Origin: Dehalococcoidia bacterium
GTDB lineage: Bacteria; Chloroflexota; Dehalococcoidia; SHYB01
Length of the DNA stretch: 64,000 nucleotides
Direction: 5' to 3'
Assembly (NCBI GenBank): GCA_965207995.1
Contig: OZ242299.1
Span: forward strand, 1,059,533 to 1,123,532
The position numbers were made by a program, and so were the translations under genes. Below the pieces are notes generated by a model. That model saw only the letters and a list, made by a program, of their open reading frames with translations, did not search any database and was not told the DNA's origin. This document shows positions 1-9,178 of this stretch, one piece after another (position 1 is the first letter of the stretch; each line of letters starts with the position of its first letter).

Positions 1-725
1 TCGGGAAAGTCGGCGTTGGTGTAGACCTTCTGGACGTCGTCAAGGTCTTCCAGACTGTCGATGAGACGGAGTGTCTGCTTGGCGGCGCCGACGTCGATGG
101 GCATCGGCGTCTTGGCGACCATTTCGAGCTCGGCGGAGAGAATGACGGCCTCCTCGGCCTGCAGACCCTCGCGCACAGCTTCGAGCTTGTCCGGCGGCGC
201 ATGGACTTCCATCGCCGGGCCTTCGGTCTTGACATCGTCCGCGCCGGCGTCGATGGCGGCCAGCGCCAGGTCTTCGAGGACTTCTTCGGGGGCTTCGGCA
301 GAGACGACGCCTTTCTGCTCGAAGAGCCAGGCGACCGAGCCGGCCTCGCCCATGTTCCCACCGATCCTGTTGAAGACGCTGCGCACCTCGGCGACGGTGC
401 GGTTGCGGTTGTCGGTGAGGCCCTGGATGTAGATCGCCGCGCCGCCGGGGCCGTACCCCTCGTAGCTCACCTGCTCGAAGTCGACCTGCTCGCCGCCGAC
501 ACCGGCCCCGCGCTTGATGGCGCGCTCGATGTTGTCGAGCGGCATGTTGCCATCGCGGGCCTTTTGAATGGCGAGGCGGAGCCGGAAGTTGGCCGCCGGG
601 TCGCCGCCGCCCTCCCGGGCCGAGATGGTGATCTCGCGCGTGAGTTTGGTGAAAAGCTGGCCGCGGCGGGCGTCGGTGACGCCCTTCTTATGCTTGATCT
701 GCTTCCATTTGGAGTGGCCGGCCAT
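1..725 (-). CDS. yebC: YebC/PmpR (TACO1) family transcriptional regulator; C-terminal end lies outside the window
   Basis: Reverse translation from ATG (725-723) reads MAGHSKWKQIKHKKGVTDARRGQLFTKLTREITISAREGGGD..., the hallmark YebC N-terminus. The frame stays open to position 1. It is absent from the ORF track because there is no stop inside the window. Confidence 0.9.
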   Translation of the reverse strand, partial: MAGHSKWKQIKHKKGVTDARRGQLFTKLTREITISAREGGGDPAANFRLRLAIQKARDGNMPLDNIERAIKRGAGVGGEQVDFEQVSYEGYGPGGAAIYIQGLTDNRNRTVAEVRSVFNRIGGNMGEAGSVAWLFEQKGVVSAEAPEEVLEDLALAAIDAGADDVKTEGPAMEVHAPPDKLEAVREGLQAEEAVILSAELEMVAKTPMPIDVGAAKQTLRLIDSLEDLDDVQKVYTNADFP

Positions 726-853
726 GTCCGCCCTATTGTACGGCCATTCTGTCAAGTAGCGCGGCCCGGCTATCGGGCGCATACTTGAGGAAACAGCAAA
801 GTTTCACGCCCCCTCACCCCAATGCTGGGCCGGACGGGGCCTGGAGGTGCGCC

Positions 854-1138
854 TTGCCGCATGTACTCGTGCGCCACCGTGTCGATGATTACTCGAAGTG
901 GAACGCCCAGCTCCACCGCGACGCCGACGTCCGCAAGTTCAACGGCTCCATCGGCGGGCGCGTCTACCGCCTCGCCGACGACCCCCACGAGGTGGTGACC
1001 CTGATCGCGTGGGACCGGATGGACCAGGCCCGCGACTTCATGCGCTCGTGGGACTTCCGGGCATTGATCGAGCAAGCGGGCCAGACAGAGCCGTTGGAGG
1101 TACTGCTGCTCGACGAGGTCGAGGAGCTGCTCTCCTAG
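854..1138 (+). CDS. small hypothetical protein (~94 aa), possibly ferredoxin-like/ABM fold
   Basis: Track ORF 785..1138. GGAGG at 843-847 lies 6 nt upstream of in-frame TTG 854, which favours the shorter start. The fold suggestion is a guess from size and pattern only. Confidence 0.4.
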   Translation: MPHVLVRHRVDDYSKWNAQLHRDADVRKFNGSIGGRVYRLADDPHEVVTLIAWDRMDQARDFMRSWDFRALIEQAGQTEPLEVLLLDEVEELLS

Positions 1139-1692
1139 AGAAGGCCCGGCAGCGGGTCGATGACAAGGCGGCGGCCGACCGTATCGACGCGCTTGACCAC
1201 GTCCGCAATAAGCGGAGCGAGAACTTGGCCGCCCGCGCCCTCAATCACGATCACGTCGTTGGCGCCCGTCGCGACGATTTCGGTGACCTCGCCAAGCTCG
1301 GCGCCGTCGGCGGTTTCGACGGCCATGCCGATAAGGTCGTAGTGGTAGTAGACGCCCTCGGGAAGCGGCTGCAGCTCGGCGGCGTCGACGTGGATGTCTT
1401 GGTTGGCGAGCGCGGCGGCCGCCTCACGGGTGTCGACACCTTCGAGCTTCAGAACGCGCACCCGCTTGACGCGGCGGCTGCGCGCGATCACGAAGGCGTC
1501 TCCGGCGATGGCAATCGTGGCGCCCGGGGCGAAGCGCTGGGGATAGTCGCTGAGCTCGTCGACGCGGACCTCGCCCCCTTGGCCATAGGGGCGGCGCACG
1601 ACGCCGACGAGAACGGGGGCTGGAGAGGAGTGGGCGGCCTTCGGCACGGCCTGCTCTTTGGGGACGGGTGAAGGGCGGTCGGACGCCTTCAC
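1135..1692 (-). CDS. rimM: 16S rRNA processing protein RimM
   Basis: 185 aa. VLVGVVRRPYGQGGEVRV...YYHYDLIGMAV...PLIADVVKRVD..IDPLPGLL fits the RimM/PRC-barrel pattern. Conserved rpsP-KH-rimM gene order. Confidence 0.88.
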   Translation of the reverse strand: MKASDRPSPVPKEQAVPKAAHSSPAPVLVGVVRRPYGQGGEVRVDELSDYPQRFAPGATIAIAGDAFVIARSRRVKRVRVLKLEGVDTREAAAALANQDIHVDAAELQPLPEGVYYHYDLIGMAVETADGAELGEVTEIVATGANDVIVIEGAGGQVLAPLIADVVKRVDTVGRRLVIDPLPGLL

Positions 1693-1700
1693 GTCGAGGA

Positions 1701-1928
1701 CTAGGGAATCTCGAGGGTGACGCGGACGCCGCGCTTGACGGCGGCGACTCTAAGTAGCGTGCGCATCGCTTGGACGACGCGGCCCTGGCGGCCTATGATC
1801 TTGCCCTTATCGTCGGTCGCTACTTCAAGACGGATGACGACGCGGTCTTCTTCCTCTATCTCGGAAACAATAACTTCTTCGGGCTTTTCCGCGATCGTCT
1901 TCGCGATGTACTCAATCAGCTCCTTCAT
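1701..1928 (-). CDS. KH-domain RNA-binding protein (YlqC/UPF0109 family)
   Basis: 75 aa. [18 protein letters not shown] contains the GxxG KH motif. The gene sits between rpsP and rimM. Confidence 0.85.
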   Translation of the reverse strand: MKELIEYIAKTIAEKPEEVIVSEIEEEDRVVIRLEVATDDKGKIIGRQGRVVQAMRTLLRVAAVKRGVRVTLEIP

Positions 1929-2181
1929 TGGATGTCACCGCCGTGAGCAGATTGCGCTGTTTAAGGATGCGCGCGACGGGATCGGAAGGCTGGGCGCCCC
2001 GTTGTAGCCAGTAGGAGGCCTTTTCCTCATCGATCTCCACCACGGGCGGGTCTGGAAGGGGATTGTAGAATCCGATAACTTCCTTGAAGGCCCCGTCACG
2101 CGGCGCCGACGAGTCCGCGATGACGATACGGTAGTTCGGCGCCTTTTTCATGCCGACGCGGCGAAGCCTTATTTTGAGCAT
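1912..2181 (-). CDS. rpsP: 30S ribosomal protein bS16
   Basis: [41 protein letters not shown] is the typical S16 N-terminus. Confidence 0.95.
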   Translation of the reverse strand: MLKIRLRRVGMKKAPNYRIVIADSSAPRDGAFKEVIGFYNPLPDPPVVEIDEEKASYWLQRGAQPSDPVARILKQRNLLTAVTSNEGAD

Positions 2182-2224
2182 GGGCGAAGGGTCCTCAGTC
2201 CGGTTAGCGATTCCGCGAAATCAG

Positions 2225-2253
2225 GAAAGCAACGCAGCTCGCGCGTTGCTTTC
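2225..2253. promoter_or_regulatory. perfect 11-bp stem hairpin in the divergent rpsP / lipoprotein intergenic region
   Basis: gaaagcaacgc-agctcgc-gcgttgctttc. It lies in the 84-bp gap between the rpsP start (2181) and the lipoprotein start (2266). Function unknown; a leader structure or operator is possible. Confidence 0.3.
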
Positions 2254-2265
2254 TAGGATTGTACC

Positions 2266-2932
2266 GATGCCGCTTTCTTATTGTCAAACACAGAAGCGCG
2301 CCGCGCGGCGCTTCGTCCGATGGCTGGCGCCCGCGGCGCTGGCGGTGGCGGCGGCCGCCTGCGGCGGGCCCGAGGAAGCTCCGGCTTCTCCACCGCCACC
2401 CACGCCGGAGACCATAACTGTCGCCGACGCGGGCAGGCTCTTCAGCCTCGTAATTCCGTCGAACTGGCGCGGAGAGCGCATCTCCGACCCCACCGGAAAG
2501 TCGCTCACCGCTCGCCGGGCCATTGAGGGAACCGAACCCCTTCCCGAGGGTCTGCTGCTGTTCTCGGCGGGTTTCCCCGCCAGGGAGGGCGTCCTCGAAC
2601 CTCGCGTCGGAGTCACCATCGAGCCCGCCGCCACGGACGGACTCGACGCCTTCGTAGACGCCGCGCTGGCCCGCACGCGGGAGGCGTTTGTGTCCTTCAC
2701 GTTGATCGACCGGCGCGGCGAGCAGGACGCCGGCGGCCCGGGCTCGGTGCGCACCGAGCACCGCGGGGGCGTCGAGGGCGCCCAGGAGGTGCGCTTCCTC
2801 CAACGGTTCGTCGGCCAAGCCGGTGTGGTGTGGACGGTAGCCTGCGGCGGCCCGGCGGCGGACTGGGACGGCTACGCCGTCCACTGCGAGCGCGCCGTGG
2901 AGAGCCTCGAGATTCTGGTCACCGCGCCCTAG
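2266..2932 (+). CDS. hypothetical lipoprotein
   Basis: Internal ATG 2266 of track ORF 2150..2932 gives MPLSYCQTQKRAARRFVRWLAPAALAVAAAAC: a basic N-region, hydrophobic core and lipobox Cys, followed by a Pro-rich tether. Confidence 0.6.
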
Positions 2933-4200
2933 AGCTCGAAGGCGAGGGGCTCCTCTCCGATCACCTGCTCGGCGCGCAGCACGTCAACGGCGGCGGGGTC
3001 GAGGCCCAGCAACTTGCTGAAGACGTACTCGTTGTGCTTACCCAGCGGAGGGGGCGGCTCGCGGACGTCCATGCGCTGGCCGTCGAAGATCCACGGCGAC
3101 GTCGGCAGCGGCCAGACTCCGTGGGGCCCGAGGTCGACGTCCTGGAACAAATCGCGCTCGGCGAAGTGCTCGTCGGCGAACATCTCCCGCTGGGTGCGGA
3201 CAACGCCGGCGGGGACGCCCGCGGCCTGCAGTCGGCGCAGGAGACCGGGGCCGTCCTCATCGGCGACGGCGGCGCCGAGGGCGGCGTCCACCGCCTCGCG
3301 GTCGGCGACGCGCCCTGCATTCCGCGCCCACCCTGTACCGGCGAGCGTCGGCGGTCGCCCCAGCACCTCGACAAGGCGCTCCCAGGCGGCGTCGCTAGAA
3401 ATCGAGAGTGCGAGCCAGGCATCGTCGCCGCGGCAGCGGTAGGCCCCGTGCGGGGCTTCGTCCCGCTTGGCGTTGCCCACGGAGACGGCGGACCGTCCGT
3501 TCATGGCGAGGTCGACGATGATCTCGCCCAGGTGCGCGATGGAGGCCTCGACGCCGGAGATTTCGAGGAAGAGCCCCTTGCCGTCGCCGGCGCGCTTGTA
3601 GAGCCCCATCACGGCGGCCATGGCGGCGGTGATCGCGGTCACGGTATCGGTGTGGGTGCTGTAGCTGGCGGTGTCGGGCGTCGAGTCCGGGTAATGGCGC
3701 AGCCAGGAATAGCCGGCGAAGCCGTCCATGGCCCCGCCCATGGTCACCCGGTTCCGATAGGGCCCGGTGACCCCGAACCCTGAGACACTGGTGTACACCA
3801 GGTCGGGGCGCACCTTGCGCAGCTGCTCGTAGCCGACGCCGAGCTTCTCCGGGACGCCGGTCACCATGTTGGTGTGCACCACGTCGCTGACCTCGACGAG
3901 CCGGTAGAAGGCGTCGAGGCCGCGCGGGTTGCCGAGGTCGATGGTGGCGCTGCGCTTGTTCCGGTTGGCGCCGACGAAGGCCGCGTTGACGTCGTAGGGC
4001 CGCTCGGGAGACCCCTTGCCGGGGTAGGCATCGAGACCCGGCGGGGCCACGATCGGCCCGCGGGTGTGGTCCATGCGCTGAATCGCCTCGACCTTGATGA
4101 CCTCCGCTCCGAGGAAGCCCAGGATCTCGGCGGCAAAGGGGCCCGCCCAGCCTTCGGCCAGCTCGAGCACGCGAAACCCTGTCAACGGCGGCCCGTCCAC
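2929..4200 (-). CDS. family III CoA-transferase (CaiB/BaiF), paralog 1
   Basis: VDGPPLTGFRVLELAEGWAGPFAAEILGFLGAEVIKVE matches the N-terminal motif. The track ORF runs to 4437, but family similarity begins at GTG 4200. Asp-type active-site segment THTDTVTAITAAMAAVMGL. Confidence 0.85.
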   Translation of the reverse strand: MDGPPLTGFRVLELAEGWAGPFAAEILGFLGAEVIKVEAIQRMDHTRGPIVAPPGLDAYPGKGSPERPYDVNAAFVGANRNKRSATIDLGNPRGLDAFYRLVEVSDVVHTNMVTGVPEKLGVGYEQLRKVRPDLVYTSVSGFGVTGPYRNRVTMGGAMDGFAGYSWLRHYPDSTPDTASYSTHTDTVTAITAAMAAVMGLYKRAGDGKGLFLEISGVEASIAHLGEIIVDLAMNGRSAVSVGNAKRDEAPHGAYRCRGDDAWLALSISSDAAWERLVEVLGRPPTLAGTGWARNAGRVADREAVDAALGAAVADEDGPGLLRRLQAAGVPAGVVRTQREMFADEHFAERDLFQDVDLGPHGVWPLPTSPWIFDGQRMDVREPPPPLGKHNEYVFSKLLGLDPAAVDVLRAEQVIGEEPLAFEL

Positions 4201-4331
4201 TCGCCCGCTCCCCGGCCCCGTGGCCGGCGGCCATTGTACACAGCGGCACGTGGAGCGAAGACTCTCCGGTAGCGTAAGGCACGTATATTGAATGTGGCGG
4301 AACGCATCGGACGAGCATGGAGGAGTCGAAG

Positions 4332-5180
4332 ATGCCCGGCGTGGTAACCCTCTCGTGGGAGGACGTAGACGAACGTTTCGACGGGCTGCTTCCCGCGGGG
4401 ACGCGCAAGGTCTACGGCATCCCGCGCGGTGGGGCAATCGTCGCCGGGCTCCTTCGCCAGCGCGGCATACAGGTGGTGGGGCCGGACGAGGCTGAGGTGA
4501 TCGTCGACGACATCATCGACAGCGGCGAGACCGCCAAGCGCTACGCCGCGCGGTACGGCAAGCCCATCGCCGTCCTGGTCAATAAGGAGCAAGAGGGTCT
4601 GATGGGCGTCTGGGTGGAGTTCCCGTGGGAGGGCGGCCGGGAGGGCGACCTGCGGGACGGCCTCCGGCGCATCATCCAGACCATCGGCGACGATCCCGAC
4701 CGGACGGGGCTCATCGAGACCCCGGACCGCGTCATTGCAGTCTGGAACGAGCTCTTTTCGGGCTACCGCGAGCAGCCCGGCGACGTCATCGAGTGGGTCC
4801 CGGCCGGCGAGGGCGGCATGGTCCTCGTCCGCGGCGTGCCCTTCCGCTCGACCTGCGAACGCCACCTGCTCCCATTCTGGGGCGAGATCGACGCCGCCTA
4901 CCTGCCCGCGGGGCGCGCTATCACGCCGGCCAGCCTCACCCATCTCATCGAGGTCTGCTCGCGCCGACTCCAGACTCAGGAGGCCATGACGAGCCTGATA
5001 GGACAGGCGCTCGACGAGGGCGAGGCCGCAGGCGTTGCCGTGGCCGTCCGCGCCCAGCGCGTCTGCGCCGCTCCCCCGGCGTCGGCGCCCAACGGCGGGC
5101 TCCGCACGACCACGTACTTCTCCGGCGCGTTCGAGATGGACGCGGCGGCAAGGGCGGAGTTTCTGCACGGGGACGGGTGA
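4332..5180 (+). CDS. fusion protein: minimal Gpt-like phosphoribosyltransferase domain + GTP cyclohydrolase I (FolE)-like T-fold domain
   Basis: GGAGGAG at 4319-4325 lies 6 nt before ATG 4332. N-terminal domain: GIPRGGAIVAGLL, PRPP motif VIVDDIIDSGETAK, and VWVEFPWE. C-terminal domain: ETPDRVIAVWNELFSGY, STCERHLLPF, RRLQTQEAMT and GVAVAVRAQRVCA...TTTYFSGAF...RAEFL, which align to FolE. Confidence 0.8.
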   Translation: MPGVVTLSWEDVDERFDGLLPAGTRKVYGIPRGGAIVAGLLRQRGIQVVGPDEAEVIVDDIIDSGETAKRYAARYGKPIAVLVNKEQEGLMGVWVEFPWEGGREGDLRDGLRRIIQTIGDDPDRTGLIETPDRVIAVWNELFSGYREQPGDVIEWVPAGEGGMVLVRGVPFRSTCERHLLPFWGEIDAAYLPAGRAITPASLTHLIEVCSRRLQTQEAMTSLIGQALDEGEAAGVAVAVRAQRVCAAPPASAPNGGLRTTTYFSGAFEMDAAARAEFLHGDG

Positions 5181-5184
5181 TCCC

Positions 5185-6369
5185 CTAAGGGTCTTCATCC
5201 GGCGCGATGCCGGCCTCGGCGAGGACTTGCGCCGTGTGCTCGCCCAAGAGTGGAGCGCGGCCCGGGGATTCCTGAGCGCCGCCTTCATCGGGAGCATGGG
5301 GCCGGAAGGGCAGGCCCGGCGCGGCGATGGCGCCGGCCTCGGGATGTTCCGTTCGCTGGAAGAAGCCGCGCTCCGTCAGGTGCGGGTCGTCGAGCATGTC
5401 GGCCGCGTCGTAGACCGGCGCGACCGGGAAACGGGCCGCCGCCGCGGCGTCGAAAATCTCTTCCCGCGTGTGCTCGGCAAGCCACTCGTACCAGATCACG
5501 CGGAACTCGTCGAAGTGCGCGACGCGGGAGTCGCGGTCGGCGAACTTGGGCGAGCCGATTAGCTCGGGCCGGCCGATCATCTCGAAGATGCGGGGCCACC
5601 AGGCCTCGCCGCGCCCCACGCCCTGCACAGCGATGTAGCCGTCCTTGCAGGGATAGCCGCCGACCAGGTAGGGGCCAAAGACGTCGTTGCCCACGCGCTT
5701 CGAGGGCTCGCCGCCGTAGGCGAAGTTGGGGAAGCGCACCTCGGGGTTGCAGACCAGCGCCTCGGCGATGGAGAAGTCGATGTACGAGCCGCGCCCGGTG
5801 AGGCGGGCCGAAAGGGCCGCGGCGGCCAGCCCCACCGCGGCGACACCGCCGGCGTAGTAGAGCCCCTGGTTTTCGGCGAGCTTGAGCGGCTCGCGCTCCG
5901 GGTCGCCGAGGTTGTACATCGGCCCGCACATGGCCTGGAAGACGAGGTCGGAGCCCTGCCAGTCGCGCTGCGGCCCCGTCTTGCCGAAGGGACTGATCGA
6001 CATCATGACGAGGCGGGGGTTCGACGCCGCGAGCGATTCGTAGGAGAGTCCCAGGCCGTCGAGGACGCCGGGCCCTTCGCTCTCCACGAGTGCCCCGGCC
6101 CGCCCGGCGAGACGGCAGAGAACGGCGCGGTCCCGGTCGTCGTGCACGTCGAGAACGACGCTGCGCTTACCGCCGTTGAGGTAGAGGAAAAGGGCACTCG
6201 TCTCGGGGTGGGGCTGGTCGCCGGCGAAGGGGCCGGCGCGGCGGGCCTCGTCGCCCCCCGGCGGTTCGACCTTGACGACGTCGGCCCCGAACTGGGCGAG
6301 CTGCTTCGTGCAGAAGGGCCCGGCGGCCCCCTGCGTGAGGTCGAGGACGGTGAGCCCGTCCATCAGCAT
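5185..6369 (-). CDS. family III CoA-transferase, paralog 2 (no Asp at the catalytic position)
   Basis: MLMDGLTVLDLTQGAAGPFCTKQLAQFGADVVKVEPPGGDEARR. The active-site-equivalent segment is LYYAGGVAAVGLAAAAL. Confidence 0.85.
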   Translation of the reverse strand: MLMDGLTVLDLTQGAAGPFCTKQLAQFGADVVKVEPPGGDEARRAGPFAGDQPHPETSALFLYLNGGKRSVVLDVHDDRDRAVLCRLAGRAGALVESEGPGVLDGLGLSYESLAASNPRLVMMSISPFGKTGPQRDWQGSDLVFQAMCGPMYNLGDPEREPLKLAENQGLYYAGGVAAVGLAAAALSARLTGRGSYIDFSIAEALVCNPEVRFPNFAYGGEPSKRVGNDVFGPYLVGGYPCKDGYIAVQGVGRGEAWWPRIFEMIGRPELIGSPKFADRDSRVAHFDEFRVIWYEWLAEHTREEIFDAAAAARFPVAPVYDAADMLDDPHLTERGFFQRTEHPEAGAIAAPGLPFRPHAPDEGGAQESPGRAPLLGEHTAQVLAEAGIAPDEDP

Positions 6370-6403
6370 GGCCTGGAGTCCTCCGGAAAGCGGGAGCGCT
6401 GGG

Positions 6404-7204
6404 TTAGGCCGCCGCGGGCTCCGGCGTCTTGAACTCGCCGAGGGTGAAGTACTTGGTGAGGGTGTCCTCCATGTACTGGGGAGCCTCCCACGTCTCCATG
6501 AACCAGCCGGTGGGGCACATGGTCATGATCTCGATGTAGGAGAAGCCCCGGCCCTCGAGCTGGGTCTCGAACGCGCGGCGGAGCATCTTCTTGGTGCGGT
6601 TGATCGCCACCGGCGAGTGCACCGAGCCGCGGGCGGAGTAGGCCGTGCCGTCAAGCTGCGCCAGTAGTTCGGCCATCTTGACTGGGTGGCCGTGCTCCTC
6701 GGCATCGCGTCCTTGGAGCGTGCTCTTCGTCTTCTGGCCCACGATCGTGGCCGCCGTCATGTGGCCGCCAGTCTCCCCGTTCACCGTGTTGTTCAGGCAG
6801 ATCACGGTGAACTTCTCGCCGCGGGCGGCGCAGTGGACCGCCTCGGCGATCCCCTCACTGATCAGATCGCCGTCTCCTTGGATCGTGATGACGAAGCGGT
6901 CAGGCAGCATGCGCTTGACACCGGTGGCCATGGAGGGGGCGCGTCCGTGCAGCGCGTTGATGCGGTCGACGTTGAGGAGTCCGTCGAGTGCGCCGTAGCA
7001 GCCGATGCCCGCGACGTGGACGGTGTCCTCCCGCAGGCCCAGCTCCTCCATCACCTCGGCGATCATGCGGTAGGCCATCGGCTCGCCGCAGCCGGGACAC
7101 ATGTGGTGCGGCGCAGACGTGTCCAACGTCTCGAGCTTGGGAAGCGACCAGACCCGCCGGAGCTTCTCCTTGATCGCCTCTTTCGCCGGATCCTTCTCGT
7201 CCAT
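6404..7204 (-). CDS. 2-oxoacid:ferredoxin oxidoreductase, beta (TPP-binding) subunit
   Basis: CPGCGEPMAYRMI...GIGCYG...IQGDGDLISEGIAEAVHCAARGEKFTVICLNNTVNGETGGH is the typical OFOR beta TPP/Fe-S motif set. Confidence 0.9.
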   Translation of the reverse strand: MDEKDPAKEAIKEKLRRVWSLPKLETLDTSAPHHMCPGCGEPMAYRMIAEVMEELGLREDTVHVAGIGCYGALDGLLNVDRINALHGRAPSMATGVKRMLPDRFVITIQGDGDLISEGIAEAVHCAARGEKFTVICLNNTVNGETGGHMTAATIVGQKTKSTLQGRDAEEHGHPVKMAELLAQLDGTAYSARGSVHSPVAINRTKKMLRRAFETQLEGRGFSYIEIMTMCPTGWFMETWEAPQYMEDTLTKYFTLGEFKTPEPAAA

Positions 7205-7213
7205 GGCCCGCTC

Positions 7214-8338
7214 CTAGGCGCTTACCGGCGCCATCCGTTCGTAGGTCTCGCGAATCTTCGCGGTCAGCTCGGGTATCTCGATCGCCTTGCCCATGCCGAA
7301 CCCCGAGGAGTCCTGGCTGATGCGTCCGATGAAGTCAACGGGCACCTTGCCCAGCACGGTCAGGCGGACGTCGTCGACCATCTGTCCGGCGTTAAGCTCG
7401 AAGACGGCAATGTGCTTCGCCTTCTCCGCCGCCTCGGCAACGGCGTCCTTGGGGAAGGGCCAGAGCGTGATGGGTCGGACGAACCCGATCTTCAGCCCCT
7501 CGTCGCGCAGCAGCTTGACGGCGTACTTCATGAACCGCGCCGCGTAGCCGAAGCCGATCACGACGAGGTCGGCATCGTCGAGGTGCGCCGTCTCCACCAT
7601 CGTGGGCACCGCCTCTTCGAGGTAGGCGATGCGGTCGAGGGCACGCTCCTGATGACCGCCGTAGCCGCCCTCTTCGTCGCGGGCTTTCTGAAGCTCGTCG
7701 CGGCTGCGCGTGCCGAAGAGGAAGGAGTTGATGCGCGGCGTGCGTCCCCGCGCCCCATCGACCGCCCTTCCCGAGAGGTCGGGCAGGTCGGATTCGTCGA
7801 GCCCTTGAAAGTCGACGGCCTCGACGGTGTGGGAGAGCACGTAGTCCGACTGCACCAGCACCGGCGTGGTGAACTTGTGCGCGGTGTAGAAGGCGAGGCG
7901 CATCAGGTCGTAGGCTTCCTGGACGGTGTGCGGCGCGTAGGAGACATAGCGGTACTCGCCGTGGCCGCCGCCGCGCGTCCCGATCCGGTACTCGGTCTGC
8001 CCGCGCGACATGTGGACGAACACATAGGGGATCTGCGCGGCGAACATCTCCGACATGGCCTCTTGCATCAGGCTCATACCGGTGGCGGTGGTGGAGCACA
8101 TCGCCCGCGCGCCGGTGGCGGCGGCGCCCCACACCATGCTGATCGCCTCGCCTTCGCTCTCGGCGTTGATATAGACGCCGCCCGCCTTGCCCATCTCCTT
8201 CGCCATCGCCTCGATCAGGTGCGTGTTTGGCTGGATCGGATAGCTGGCGTAGAAGCGGCAACCGGCATCGATCGCCGCTTGGGCGATGGCTTGGCTGCCG
8301 TCGGCGAGGCGCCGGTCTTGCTGGTCAGTCATGGCCAT
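7214..8338 (-). CDS. 2-oxoacid:ferredoxin oxidoreductase, alpha subunit
   Basis: DGSQAIAQAAIDAGCRFYASYPIQPNTHLIE...NAESEGEAISMVWGAAATGARAM is the typical alpha subunit N-terminus. Confidence 0.9.
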   Translation of the reverse strand: MAMTDQQDRRLADGSQAIAQAAIDAGCRFYASYPIQPNTHLIEAMAKEMGKAGGVYINAESEGEAISMVWGAAATGARAMCSTTATGMSLMQEAMSEMFAAQIPYVFVHMSRGQTEYRIGTRGGGHGEYRYVSYAPHTVQEAYDLMRLAFYTAHKFTTPVLVQSDYVLSHTVEAVDFQGLDESDLPDLSGRAVDGARGRTPRINSFLFGTRSRDELQKARDEEGGYGGHQERALDRIAYLEEAVPTMVETAHLDDADLVVIGFGYAARFMKYAVKLLRDEGLKIGFVRPITLWPFPKDAVAEAAEKAKHIAVFELNAGQMVDDVRLTVLGKVPVDFIGRISQDSSGFGMGKAIEIPELTAKIRETYERMAPVSA

Positions 8339-8341
8339 ACA

Positions 8342-8578
8342 TCAGGCGCGAGCCGCGCCGGGGACGTTTCGGTAGACCTCGGTGATGCAGAAGTCGGGAC
8401 AGATGAGGGCGCACATCTCGCAGCCGGTGCAGCCGTCGAGAAGGATCGGGTAGCGGAAGCCGAGGCGGTTCAACTCCGTCGACATCTCCAACACGTCGAC
8501 GGGGCAGACCTGCACGCAGAGGTCGCAGCCCTTACAGAGCTCGATGTCGATCTCGATTGAGCCGACGGCCTTCGCCAT
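8342..8578 (-). CDS. 2-oxoacid:ferredoxin oxidoreductase, delta subunit (2x[4Fe-4S] ferredoxin)
   Basis: 78 aa with CKGCDLCVQVCP and CTGCEMCALICP cluster motifs. Confidence 0.9.
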   Translation of the reverse strand: MAKAVGSIEIDIELCKGCDLCVQVCPVDVLEMSTELNRLGFRYPILLDGCTGCEMCALICPDFCITEVYRNVPGAARA

Positions 8579-8590
8579 CTTCGCCTCCGT

Positions 8591-9178
8591 CTACACCAGC
8601 GCCGGCGCCCACGCCTCGGCATCAAGGGTCGCCAGGTGCTCCCGGGCATAGGCCGCGCCCGCCTCCATGACCGCCACGTTCTTCGGGATCGTCCCGCGCC
8701 GGTAGGGCGGCGTCAGCGCTTCCAACGCGCCCGCGAGGCGGTCGACGGAGACCAACCCCGTCGACTCGCTCACCGCCGCGAGCATCGCCATCGCCGCGCC
8801 CTGGGCGTTGCCCACTTCCTCGGCGAGCTTCGCCGCCGGAATCGCGACGAGCGCCACGCCCACCGGCGCGCCCTCGCCGGTCACCACGCCGCCGTTGATC
8901 ACGAAGAGGCCGCCGTCGCGGGTCTTGGGACGGACGACAGGCACGACGTTGGGGTGCATCGCGATCGCCATCCACGCGCTGGGAATGATCGGCGGAGCAA
9001 GCAGCGCCTCCGTGCCCGCCACGACGGTGCACTCAACGTTGCCGCCGCGCATCGTGCCGCCGAACGCCGCGAAATGCATGACGTGCTTGGCTTCGGCGTT
9101 GAGCGCCTGCGCGAGGAGCTTAGTGGCGAGCTGGACCCCTTGCCCGCCGATGCCCCCCATGACGATCTCCCGCTCCAT
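8591..9178 (-). CDS. 2-oxoacid:ferredoxin oxidoreductase, gamma subunit
   Basis: IVMGGIGGQGVQLATKLLAQAL is the gamma-subunit P-loop-like motif. It is the first gene of the G-D-A-B order. Confidence 0.88.
   Translation of the reverse strand: MEREIVMGGIGGQGVQLATKLLAQALNAEAKHVMHFAAFGGTMRGGNVECTVVAGTEALLAPPIIPSAWMAIAMHPNVVPVVRPKTRDGGLFVINGGVVTGEGAPVGVALVAIPAAKLAEEVGNAQGAAMAMLAAVSESTGLVSVDRLAGALEALTPPYRRGTIPKNVAVMEAGAAYAREHLATLDAEAWAPALV

Noticed and set aside
4317-4331. Upstream ATG 4317 as the start of the PRTase-FolE-like gene
   Set aside because: GGAGGAG (4319-4325) overlaps this ATG and is ideally spaced (6 nt) for ATG 4332, so the shorter start is preferred. The difference is only five codons.
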